DNA of 64,000 bases from Azolla caroliniana (taxonomy: Eukaryota > Plantae > Polypodiophyta), in NCBI GenBank assembly GCA_043228905.1, contig JBHGNT010000011.1, positions 1,178,001 through 1,242,000 on the forward strand, in the 5' to 3' direction. Shown in pieces: positions 38,201 to 50,141 of this stretch. The notes below the pieces were generated by a model. That model was not told the DNA's origin and did not search any database. It saw nothing but the letters and a program-made list of their open reading frames with translations. The position numbers and the translations under genes are program-made. Every line of letters starts with the position of its first letter. Within the stretch, counting starts at the first letter, position 1.

Positions 38201-41200
38201 AGTGGACCAAACGAGCGACTGAGTCGGTTGGACCAGTCGGATGAAGAGACGGCAAGTGGTGGAGACTCTGCCGTGCTCTCCCCACGCAAGGAACCGAGGA
38301 AACGGTTCACGCGCAAAGAGAAGGGGAAGAGGAAGATGCCAGAATTTGAAACCGGCAACGATGAGTCGGATCGGTGCGTATCCGACTCCGGAAAGGAGAA
38401 AGGCAGATCTTCGGCAACGAAGACCGAACTGGCCAAGAAGGGCCTCAAATTAGGTGACGGTGCGTTGCGCCGATCAACCCGTCAGAAGGATCCCGTCATG
38501 CGGTACGGGTACAATGAATACATGGCGTATCATTATGCGTACATGACTAAGGTGACAGAAGTGCGTGAGCCGGAGAGCTACGCAGAAGCGGCAAAGGACG
38601 CAAATTGGCGTGCCGCTATGGACGAAGAAATGCGGGCACTCGATGCCAACGAAACTTGGGACCTAGTTGATCCTCCCCGTCACTGTAAACCGATCGGATG
38701 CAAGTGGGTGTACAAGGTCAAGTACAACGCCGACGGTTCTGTTAACCGGTACAAAGCCTGGTTAGTGGCGAAGGGATACGCGCAGACCCACGGAATCGAC
38801 TACGACGAAACCTTCGCTCCTGTGGCGAAGATGACGACGGTTCGTGTGGTACTGGCGGTTGCTGCGGCAAGGGGGTGGCATCTTCACCAGATGGATGTGA
38901 AGAATGCCTTCCTTCAAGGAGAGCTTGAAGAAGAAGTCTTTATGACTCAGCCCCCCGGATTTCAATCGGAGATGAACAAATCGGCGGTATGCCGACTGAA
39001 GAAGTCGCTTTACGGCTTGAAGCAAGCCCCCGAGCTTGGAACGCGAAAATCACGCACCGGTTGCGTAAGCTGGGGTTTGCTGTCTCTAAGTCGGACTCTT
39101 TGTTGTTCATCCGGCAAGGCTCTGATGGTCCGGTATGTATACTCTTGTATGTGGATGATTTAGTCATCACCGGACCGGGTCTTCCCGAAATCAACCGCGT
39201 CAAGTTCCAGTTGTCGGACGCATTCGAAATGAAGGACCTGGGGGACCTTCATTATTTTCTTGGGATCGAAGTGATCCGGACCCCCGATGGCATATTGCTC
39301 TCACAACGACATTACGTGTTGAATATGCTGTATAAGTTTGGCATGACGGATTGCCGACCTGTCTCCACACTCCTGGACCGGAACCAGAAGCTCCGTCCCA
39401 ACTCCGGACCGGTCTGCAATGAGAAACGGTTCTGACAGGTTGTCGGAAGCCTGATCTACTTAACCATCACCCGACCCGACATTAGCTATCCGGTCGGCAT
39501 GGTAAGTCAGTTCATGCAGAAGCCGACCGTGGAGCACCTTCAGTGCGCGCAACGAATATTACGGTATGTCAACGGCACTAAGGACCGGGGACTACTATAC
39601 CGGCGAGGTATACCCGAAGAGCTTGTCGGTTACACAGATGCTGACTGGGCCGGCGATGCATCTGATCGCCGCTCCACTTCCGGATACATGTTCTCCATAG
39701 GTAGCGTGGCCGTTGCGTGGAGCAGCAAGAAGCAGCCCACAGTGGCTTTGTCAAGCACTAAGGCTGAGTATCGGGCCGCTACCGTTGCTACTTGTGAAGG
39801 CATTTGGCTTCGGCGACTGCTGCGAGACTTGTGGGTCGAGGTACCGACCCCGATCCCGATTTACTGCGATAACATGAGTAGCCTGCAGCTCGCCAGGAAC
39901 CCTGTGTTCTATGCTCGCACAAAGCACATCGAGGTGCACTACCACTTCGTGTGTGAGCGGGTCCTGAGCGGTGAAGTTGACCTACGGTATGTTCATACGG
40001 ATCGGCAAGTTGCCGACATCTTCACCAAGCCGCTTGGATCGGACAAGTTGCAGCACTTTACCGACATGCTTGGTATTCAGCATCTCGACGTGCCGCACTT
40101 GAGGGGGAGAAGCAAGGGCAAAGCCTCTACCGAAACGGGCAAAGGCCAAAAAACTGTTGAACCCGTTGGTAAGAGGAGAGCCGGAAGAAGAGGAGACAAG
40201 AAGATGAAGGAGGCCGAGTCGACGAAGGAAGTCGACACATCCGAACAGGTCGGAGGAAGCGGCTGTGAAGAAGAGTTGTGCACTCAGGAAGAGAAGTGCA
40301 TGCTGTGCGGAGGTCATCATGACGGTACTGACCATGATGCGGAGTCGAATGAAGAATTCGATTTCGGTTCACCGGCTGAAGAAGCTGAGGGAAGCATGGA
40401 GAAGGCGAAGACTCGGATGTGGTCCGATGTGGTGAGAGGCCTGAAGCCGGAAGTCGAATCGGAGTGTACTGATTCAGACAAGAGTTGGAACGAGTTGGAG
40501 ACAGCTGACTCGGATCAACAGATGGATCCGGATGAGTCGGATCGACTGAAGGCCAAGGGGACACGGACACAGCGGAAGTCGATGCCATCGTGGGAGAACC
40601 GACGGATCAGCAAGCGCCGGAGTCACAGCAACGTGAGTGTTGAGATGGGCCTATTGAGCAGACATGCTGACCGAGAGGGTCGAGGCGCGCAGAACCAAAG
40701 GGGTCGCGGCAAATGGGACGGGAGCGGACGAGGGGCGCGAGCAAGGCGGAGTGACGCCAGGAGAAGTCGGTTGGAAGAACCGACTGTCACAGAGGTCGAC
40801 ACTACGACCCCACCTCAGGTTGAGCTTGAGGGGGAGTGTTGAGCGGCAAGCTCAACCGGAGCCGGATCGGCTGAATAAGCCGGAGCCGGTAAGCGAGATG
40901 GATCGGTATGACGGTGAACAACCGAACCGGCAAGCAGTGGAGGCCGGGTGCAATCCGTAACCGGAAGTCCAATCGGAAGCCTAGTATAGGATAGACTACT
41001 AGGTAGCTATAGTCTCGTAGTAAGTGTCAGATGCTCGTGTGAGCATTGAAGTACATGGTACTTCTGTCAGTCCCAAGAGGACTTGTATAAATAGTGCTAC
41101 TTAGGACAGTGTGTGTACAGAGTCTTGATATAATTTTGAAATTGTGTTCTGCTCTCTCTTTGTCTCTCTCTCTCTCTCTCTCTCTCTGTGTTGTTCTCTG

Positions 41201-41231
41201 TTTTACGCTTCCGCAAACACTTACGTTTACA
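35300..41231 (+). mobile_element. Full-length Ty1/copia element
   Basis: LTRs 35300-35706 and 40837-41231 (TG...CA), TSD GGTTG, PBS TGGTATCAGAGC (tRNA-iMet) at 35707, PPT gagggggag. Confidence 0.97.
35801..40842 (+). pseudogene. Copia gag-pol polyprotein with 3 premature stops and 1 frameshift
   Basis: CWYCGKKGHRESEC, WYVDSGAS, HSDVWG, RSDGGKEY, QMDVKNAFL, LLYVDDL, YTDADWAG, RTKHIEVHYH. Stops at 36128, 38192 and 39433; frameshift near 39030. Confidence 0.93.
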
Positions 41232-42516
41232 GGTTGGAACCGAGCATGGTCGATCTCCATTGGGGTACGTGGATCGACCTCCATCGGGGTATGAGCACTA
41301 TTGGAAGATGGCAGCCGTGGCGTGCTTGGCGAAACTGATATATATGGCCTTGTGAGTGGAACATTGCGGGAGGAAGATGGAAAACCTTGAGTCCCTCGTT
41401 CATCTTGTCGAAGCTCAAAAAGACGATTATCACATTGAACAGCTTGGGAGATTACCTGGGACAATGATGTGGGCTCCGGAAAGTTTAAGAGAAGAGTCTT
41501 GATATCATTTTGGAGGCCTCGACGAAACTGGTCGCATAAAGCTTGCTCATCCTAGTTGACATTGCACACGATCTAACGAAACTCTGAAGCATAAACGAAA
41601 GCTGGACAAGAGCCTTATTGTAAGGAATAGAGTTTCGTGAGTGTCGTTCGTTGCCGATCTGTCTCTCTGAATGTGGCTTCAAGCTCCGCAAGGAAGGTAG
41701 GAAAGTTGTCTAGGAGGGGTGATGAGGTCTTGATCAATGGTGCAAACCATGGTTGTGTCGGCCTAGAGAGAAGGTTGCCAATGAGGTCGACCTGAGAAAT
41801 CACTAGCGTAACGTTGGGGTTGTAAGCGGATGATAAGCCGAATTTGATTGATGAAGCCATGAAGATGCACCCTCGAGCCGTTGAATTTGTCAAGTAGGCT
41901 GACGTTAGGTTTGAAGACATATGAATGGGAAGAGGAAGGGGTTGGGTTAGATGCTGACGGAAGGTGAGGCTCAACGGGTGAAGGATTGTTGGTTGTGCTA
42001 TTTTGAAGCTCTCGCAATGACTGACGAAGGCTTTCATTTTCTAATTGAAGTTGCTCCAAGGCTGCCATTACTTGGTTTAAGGTCGAGTTGGACATGGTAA
42101 CAAGAAGGGAAGGTGAACAAACTGTCACAGACGTAGACGAGGGCAAGGACAAGTAGGCGAGCTCAATATTAACAAAGAGAGAAAGATAGATATATAGATA
42201 GAGAGGAGCATAGACAAGAGAACAAGAGAGAGAGAGGGTAGACAAAAGAGCGAGAACTAAATTATGCTTCCATAACTGGTGTTGTTCACCTTGATTGTAA
42301 TCAAGGTGCACCGAAGTATTTATATAAGAATGTGGTGTTATGCATGTAAGCTAGGAAACATCTAGAGAATGCATGGAAACTTCTAGAGAGTGCATGTCTA
42401 TGCATTCCCTAGACCTCTAGAAGATGTGAGTGACAAGACTATGAACGTAGGAAGCTAGGTTTAACTAGAGAGCATGACGACAGATATGAAGATTGAGACA
42501 AGATGGAATGGAACGA

Positions 42517-43108
42517 TGTCGTGAAGATTTCCGGCTATAGTGTGAAACCGGGGTGGAATAGGCTAAGTTGGTGGTGTGCAACGTGTGCCCATGTATAGTA
42601 GGAAACAATGTATAGAATAAAGGGGAGTACTTGTCCCACATTGTAACGCCCTCCCCTCCTTGTTCTATAAAAGGAGGGAGGGGTCCCTTGTTGAGGGGTT
42701 GCCCATTTTGAGTTAGGAGGGTATACCGTTAGAATTAGGGTTAGGCAGTTTCTCTTGTTCTTGCTTCGTTCTAGGGTTTCCTTTTGGGAGTTTCTTTCTC
42801 TCTTCTTCTTCGTCGTGGCGTGGGTCGAGAGTTCGTGTCTATTTAGGGTTTGCTTCTGCTCGGTCTCCTGTGCAAGACCCCGCTGGACGCGACGAGCCCG
42901 AGAGCTCCCCGATCGGCGGCTTGGCAGCAGACTACTGTTGTAACCTACCCTACCTTGGTCCGACTCGAAACCAGGGTTGTATCTTTCTCTTATAATCATA
43001 TATATAAAAGGTTGTGCATATTTGTACCGCTGTTGGTGTCGGGTGTGTTTATTTCCCTTCGTTTCCTGTACATAAGAGGCGTATGTTGAGTCGGTAACGC
43101 ATGCATGG

Positions 43109-43150
<42 letters not shown>

Positions 43151-46100
43151 CTTGTGTTCGGTAGTTGCCGCTACGTGTCCGGAATTGCTCCGGCTTGTGC
43201 CACAACCAGTGCAGTCGGGACTGGAGAGAAGTCGGCTTCTCGACACCCATCACTTCCTCGTCCGAGACCCCCATGGTCCTGCCCCTTTTGACACACACTC
43301 ACAGAATACTGCGACATCTCTTTGGTGAACCCGACGTGAAAAGCAGCAAGGGAGAATGGAGTTGGAAGAAGACGACTTCACGCAACTTTTTGTAGTAGCG
43401 GCGAGGGAGTTTGGACGAGCAACAACAAGAAGGGAGATGACGCAACAAGCTGTTGAGTGAGTGGTCGAAAGAGTCGGTCGTTTCAACGGGGAGAAAGTCC
43501 CATTCTACATGGAAGCCTACAATGAGGAAATGGAGGAGCGAGACGTAGACGACGCGTTGAGGCTGGAGTTCTTCTATCAAGTCGTCGCCGTCCGTATGCA
43601 CGTGGAAGTGAAGGAGCTCCGAGAAGCTCATAGTTCGTGGGAGGCCTTCGAAGAGGCGCTCCTGCAGGCATATGGAGGACAGCGGAAGAGCCGGGGACGA
43701 TGCGACTTCGACCAGTGGGTGGCATCGGCGAAGACCCACCGGGGTGCAACGAAGGCGTTCCGAGAGTTCGAGTGACGGCTTGCTCGGCTCCCAGAGCGGG
43801 AGCAAGGTTTGGTGGGGGCAGACAAAGTCCTGTTGTTCGTTAGGTCGATCAATCGAGCGGAACGGGAGGCCATCGGGATTGAGCTCGAAGACGATGATGG
43901 AGTGAATGGCCTTACGGAGGACTGGTTGAAAGTCGGAAGGGTATGTCAACGACTAGATGACGAACGGGCCAAGAAGGCTCGGAGGAAGGCGTGCGACGGC
44001 GTGCCATCACAGCAGGAAGAGGTCGAACGGTAAAGAGAGTCGGCAAGGCTTGGCTTCGGGGCCAGGATTGTGAAGCCATACGCAGCTCTCGAGGCAATGG
44101 TCGAGGCCGCAAACCGACGCCGAGGAGACAGACCGGGCCCACGAGAAGGCAGAAGATTGGTACAACGGCTTACGGAGATAGAACGGCCAAGGACAAGGCT
44201 GAGATACTGATCGCAGAATCAGAACGTCGGGACCGGCGGTTTCAGGCACGTCAGCCCGGAACTCCGGACATTGGAGAAGGAGATGACCACCGACCATGAG
44301 GAGCCGGTGGCTACGGACAAGGGCGTAAATAGGACGGGCGATTCTACGCGTCTTCCCACACTTGCTCCCGAGATGATGGCAGTCAAGCCTGGGTGCCCAC
44401 GTGAGTCTGAAGCAAGGTTGTTAGGTACGTTAGGTACGGTGTTGAGAGAAAAGCTCAACATCGGCCGGATCGGCTGAAGAAGCCGAGGACCGGATCGGTT
44501 GGGACCGATCAGTTAGGCCGAATGCGTAAACCGGTACGCAGACCGGTGCGTAAACCGGAAGGCTGTTAGGAAAGATATTCCGTGAGGAATATATTTGGGA
44601 GTTAGTGTAGGAGCTCTCAATGAGCATTGAAGTACTGTCAGTACTTCGGTCAGTCCTTCTAGGACTTGTATAAAAGTGTTCATTGAACACACATATGTAT
44701 AGAGTCGTGAATAGAGGTTGAATATAGTTCTTGTGTTTTCTCTCTCTCATTCTCTCTGTCTCTCCCGCGTATACTGCGTAAGCTCAAGCTCTCCATTAAA
44801 CCTGATTTTTCTTCCTTCTGTTCGGTCTTCATACTTGCTTCCGCACGCTACTTTTTTCATGGTTTCAGAGCACGAGGGTTGAGAACCTCTCTGCAGCCGA
44901 CACAACTTGACGAAGAAGAACAAGAAGAACGATGGATAGAGGCATGGCGAGCTCGCTTCCAACAGAGAAGCTAGACAGAACCAACTACGCGTCTTGGTCC
45001 TACAAGATGCACCAGTACATGCTCGGGCACGGCTACTGGAGTTATGTCGAAGGAGCTAATGACGCGGCACTCCAATCGACACACAGAGACTTCCCGTCGT
45101 GGGAGCAATCGGCGAGCAGGGTATTATACTGCTTCGCGTCGTGTGTGGGCGAACAACTATTGAGCTATGTTCGGGATGCAAAGACGACGAAGGGTGCGTG
45201 GGAAAATCTGAAGAAGGTTTTTGCCGCGAGCACCACATCCAGGAAGCTTCAGCTCCGACAAGAGTTGAGCAACCTACGACAACGCGACTTGTTGGTGGCG
45301 GACTATACCTCGAAGATCAAGGATATCTGCGACTCCCTCGCCTCCATAGAGGTGAACATCGAGGAGAGTGAGATGGTCCAGATCTGTCTCGGAGGTTTGG
45401 CGTCGAAGTTCGGAGCGTTCCGAATGGCTGTGTGTACCCAGGAGAATACGCCGTCCTTTTTCAACTTACAGTCAATGCTCCTGGTAGAGGAGAACCACGC
45501 GGGTGCGTCTACAAGCACGCACACTGACAGCAGAATGCTGTACATGGAGGGAGATAGGCCCCGTGGACGTGGAGGACGAGGCGAGTCGGCGCGCAATGGA
45601 GGCGGCCGACGAGATCAAGGAAGAAGGCACCGAAGTGATGCCGACAGCAACTTCGGACTCTCCGGAAACAGGGGGAGTCGAAGCGATGAGAATCGGCAAG
45701 GGAAGGCCATCGCGGAGTGCTGGTACTGTGGCAAGAAAGGCCACAGGGAAAGTGAGTGCTGGAAGAAGCGCGTCGATTCGGAGAGAACCGGTTCCGGAAA
45801 CGGCTCCGGACATACCGACAAGGGAAATCGACAGCGATCGCACTACGCCGAAGACTCCGGGAGAGCCAGAGAAGGGTCTGCCTTCGTGACGAGACACGAA
45901 GCAAACTCAATGAAACAGACCACCCCGAGAGGTACAAATGATGAGGTACTATACGTATTTAAACGTTAAATATAGGTACGTAAACAACCATGGTCCCAAG
46001 AGGAGGAAGGCGGCGTCGAGAGACTGAGAATTACCGGCGAAGACGATATGGGGAAGGAACGAACAAGAGCCCTAAGAACCGATTCTGGAGAACTCGGCAT

Positions 46101-48955
46101 TCGGGTCCTTACCCCCACGTGAGTCCGAGGAGATGGATGACGGTATCGAGGAGTCCTGGCACGATGCCAGCGAAGATGGATGGGAAATGGCCTGCGAAAA
46201 GGTTGGCGAATGGACCAAGAAACGACCCGACCGGGGACCGAACTGCACGACGCTCTGATTCGGGTGGAACGTGATCTGGTTGTGGATTGTTCGACCGGGG
46301 CCAGAATCAGCATGAGAGTGCCGATATGGAAGAGGGTGCGGAACGAGCCGGCCTCTTTTACATGGGGAGAAAGACCGACTGGGCGAAGGTCGGGAATCAG
46401 GAAGTAGATGATCAAGGGTACGTAACGAGTCCGACAGGATTGGCATCGGAGCCGAAACTCTAGACATTGGAGAATCAAGGAGGGGCTTGGTTGATCACAG
46501 AGCGGATGCTATCTACCGACACCACTAAAAGGGTCGGTGGCCCCGGATGGGTCGTCAGGAATCGTTATGAAATCAGTCCCCACATCTTGACCGAAGACTT
46601 CGGCAGTTCAAGCCAACATGGCAATGTGAGACCGAAAGAGAAGGGAGATGGTGGGAAGCGTAGGAAAGGGGATCAACGACAACAAGTTTGGGAGAAGTAC
46701 AAGGGACAAAGCGGAGAATGAAGAGCGGTCCTACGGAGATCCTCACACCGATCCAGCGGTTGGCCCGAGAGCCAGCGTGAGTCCTATAGGAGAGAATGGT
46801 GGCGGTAGGAGAACAAAACCTGGCAATCCAGAGAATGGCGGAGCAGACTTCCGGATAACTGATCCGGGAGGGAGGATAGAGCAGGCCTACAGAGAGACTG
46901 GGAGAATGATACGTCGTTAGTACCATGGGAGAGGGTGTGGAGTGAGCCACCCTCTCGACATGCGGAGAAGGAAGACGACAAGCCCGAGGAGGATCCTTCA
47001 CACCTGTTCTAGAGACTCCGGCGGTCGGCCCGAGAACTGGCGTGAGACCTAGAGTATCAAACGGTGGCGGCGAGGGGATGAAGGCAAAGGACTGAGGATG
47101 GGTGGTTTGCGGAGATCCTCACAGTGATCCGGCAGTTGGCCCGAGTGCCGACGTGAGTCCTATAGGAGAGATCGGTGGCAGCAAGTGAACGTGACCAGCA
47201 GAAGAGGCTGATGCGGAGGTCGGGTCTACGACGAGAGGAAGATGGCAAGCGATGCTGCATCGACCTTACACACATCGATTCTAGACACTCCGGCAGTCGG
47301 CCCGAGAGCCATCGTAAGACCAAGAGGGAAGAACGGTGGCTGCGGCAAGGCGGGCAACCAAGATGGCAAAGGGGGGGAGTCCCACAAAGATCCTCACACC
47401 GATCCGGCGGTCGGCCCGAGTTCCTGCGTGACTCCGATAGGAGAGATCGGTGGCGGCAGGTGAACGTGATTGGATGGCGAAGGCAGAGTAGCAAGGAGGT
47501 ATCGGGCCAGCGAGGCGGCCACAAACCACAACTGGACTTTCTGACAAGGTCGATGGAAAGAGGAGGAACAAAGACCGGTCCTATGGGATCCTCACACCGA
47601 TTCGGAGAAACCGGCAGTTCGAGCCGACATGACAATGTGAGCCTGAGTGAGAAGGAAGGTGGTGGCGGGAAACGGGAACCAGTGATGCAGGAAGAGCGGG
47701 CCAGGGGCCAGCAAGGCCGGAGTTGATGAGGGCCGAACCCTTACCGGCTGGTTACGGTTTCGGATGGAAGCCGGTGAGGGGTAAGCTCGGTGCGGATCAA
47801 GAGGTGTGCGAGTGGCCATCAAGGGCCAAAGCAAGCACGGGTACAGGACGGTGTTTGGCACAGGCGATGCCGAACAGGGAAGGCGGAAGACGCCACACGG
47901 CATGGCGACCATAGAAGGAACAAGGAGCGCGTATTGGGGTCACCTAAGGACTGAAGAACGAACGTGCATTCAGGGAACGACGACAGCACATAGGCAGCGC
48001 CTACGGAAGGCAAGCATGGGCCAGTAAGAAGCCAACAAGATGGATCAGTGAGACGGTCGAGTGCCGGTAAGGCGGGGGAGCCGGTTAATCACCGTCGCCG
48101 AGATCTCTCACCCTTTTTCCCTCTTGGGACATACCGGTGGATGTGCGGTTTGGTGGGGGTGGATGTCGTGAAGATTTCTGGCTATAGTGTGAAAACCGGG
48201 GTGGAATAGGCCAAGTTGGTGGTGTGCAACGTGTGCACACGTATAGTAGGAAACAACGTATAGAATAAAGGGGAGTACTTGTCCCACATTGTAACGCCCT
48301 CCCCTCCTTGGTCTATAAAAGGAGGGAGGGGTCCCTTGTTGAGGGGTTGCCCATTTTGAGTTAGGAGGGTATACCGTTAGAGTTAGGGTTAGGCATTTTC
48401 TCTTGTTCTTGCTTCGTCCTAGGGTTTCCTTTTGGGAGTTTCTTTCTCTCTTCTTCTTCATCGTGGCGTGGGTCGAGAGTTCGTGTCTGTTTAGGGTTTG
48501 CTTCTGCTCGGTCTCGTGTGCAAGACCCCGCTGGACGCGACGAGCCTGAGAGCTCCCCGATCGACAGCTTGGCAGCAGACTACTGTTGTAACCTACCCTA
48601 CCTTGGTCCGGCTCGAAGCCGGGGTTGTGTCTTTCTCTTGTAATCATATATATAAAAGGTTGTGCATATTTGTACCGCTGTTGGCGTCGGGTTGTTTTAT
48701 TTCCCTTCGTTTCCTGTACATAAGAGGCGTGTGTTGAGATGGTGACGTGCGCGTGGCCTCTCTCTCTCTCTCTCCCCCCTCTCTCGTGTTCGGTAGCCGC
48801 CGGTACGCGTCTGGAATTGCTCTGGCTTGTGCCACAACCAGTGCAGCCGAGACTAGAGAGAAGTCGGCTTCTCGAGAGTCGACACCCATCACTTCCTCGT
48901 TTAAGACCCCTGTGGTCCCGCCCCTTTCGACACACACTCACGGAATACGGCGACA
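42517..48955 (+). mobile_element. Non-autonomous gypsy-type LTR element (gag only) with a tRNA-Trp PBS
   Basis: LTRs 42517-43316 and 48164-48955; 4-bp TSD ACGA; PBS TGGTGAACCCGACGTGA at 43323; decayed gag ~43437-44030; no pol; PPT ttggtgggggtgga. Confidence 0.9.
44440..45950 (+). mobile_element. 3'-truncated copia: LTR 44440-44859, PBS, and gag ORF 44932-45969
   Basis: TGTTGAG start; PBS TGGTTTCAGAGC; gag MDRGMASSLPTEKLDRTNYASW...CWYCGKKGHRESEC, paralogous to 35801. Breaks just before the protease. Confidence 0.88.
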
Positions 48956-49244
48956 ACGAGAACACTAGATTGATGTGGCAATGATTAGTGTTGAATCCCC
49001 TAAAAGGGACCAAGGAGGTTACAAATATTGAGTATCTCTAGAATATACTTGACAAATATCTCTAGAATATACCCATCTAGAATACACTAAAGGATCTAGA
49101 ATATTTTGGAATGTATATATACTAGAATATACAAATACATGCTCATATCTAGATGGTTGAGCATGACGTCTTGTAGATGTGAGGTTGCAGATTCAATCCT
49201 CACTAAATTCTACGTATTTGACGTCACTGTGTCGTGATAGATCA

Positions 49245-49744
49245 TACTTGAAAAAAGTTGGGTATACCTCAAAGGTACAATGTGACCTATGAGAGTAACC
49301 CATGTCTTCTACAACTATGTTATTAGAATTGCAATGGATACCCATGGAATGCAAGATTTGGCATAGAGGAGTTCACTAATGACTCATATATCATACTTCT
49401 TTTTGAAACATGGGAGCACAATACTCAAAGGATTCAAGGTTTAGGAAACAATAATGTACACTCTTTTATATCGGATAAAAATCAAGACAAAGAAGAGGAC
49501 AAGGAGGGGTGACATGTTTGATTAAGAAGGAAATAGAGAAATATGTGTCAATCATAAAAAACGATGAACATAAATGAGCTACATATGGCTCAAAATAGAA
49601 ACACCTAATGATTTGCCCACTTTTATAGTTGGATGTTACATTCCTTATCAAGATTCTAACTTTTATGCTTGTTTGGATAAAGATCAACCTTTTGCAAATC
49701 TAGAAGATTATATTCCTTATTTTAAATCCAAAGGGAAATTTATT
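49245..49744 (+). mobile_element. LINE, right half: end of ORF1 and decayed APE endonuclease
   Basis: Broken NCNGYP, IILLFETW and IWLKI...FIVGCYIP motifs of EEP/APE endonucleases. Confidence 0.6.
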
Positions 49745-50020
49745 TGTTGGAAATATATGATGTTGTGCAATGGAAGAATGTTGAGGACATGTAGTTAGTG
49801 TCAAGTAAGCAACATAGAGAAACTGATTATGCACAATAGGTAGGAAGAAGGAAACAATAAGCACATTGTTAAACTTTAATGAAAGATTGTATTATTCTCT
49901 TTGAAAACTGTCACTCTTTACAATGTCACAATTAAGCTTATATAGTCAAGCCCTAACTGGGTAACGTATTCACACTAGAGATACAAATGGGTGGAGTCGG
50001 CCTTTTATGTCAACAAAATC

Positions 50021-50141
50021 CCCCGTAAAAGGACTACTCTATATGGGTATAAAATCAGTTGGGATTATCTACCCCGTAAAAGGACTACGCTATATGGGTA
50101 TAAAATCAGTTGGGATTATCTCCCCCGTAAAAGGACTACTC
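50021..50141. repeat. 51-bp tandem repeat (2.4 copies) that includes the copia PPT
   Basis: ccccgtaaaaggactac units start at 50021, 50072 and 50123. Confidence 0.9.

Larger units (their letters stand above)
31195..42415 (-). mobile_element. Tcn1-like chromovirus (family B), near full length and decayed, interrupted by the copia at 35300-41231
   Basis: 5' LTR 42123-~42415 (U3 truncated) and 3' LTR 31195-31644. Gag ATG at 42095; [27 protein letters not shown], integrase; chromodomain YEVDQILDSR..YLVLWKGY..TWEP at 31656-31874; PPT agagggaggataa. Confidence 0.92.
42425..49239 (-). mobile_element. LTR family A, right copy (inverted), split by the 42517-48955 element
   Basis: 49239-48960 is the reverse complement of 30319-30620 and continues at 42516-42425. 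It is followed by GATCA at 49240-49244. Confidence 0.75.
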
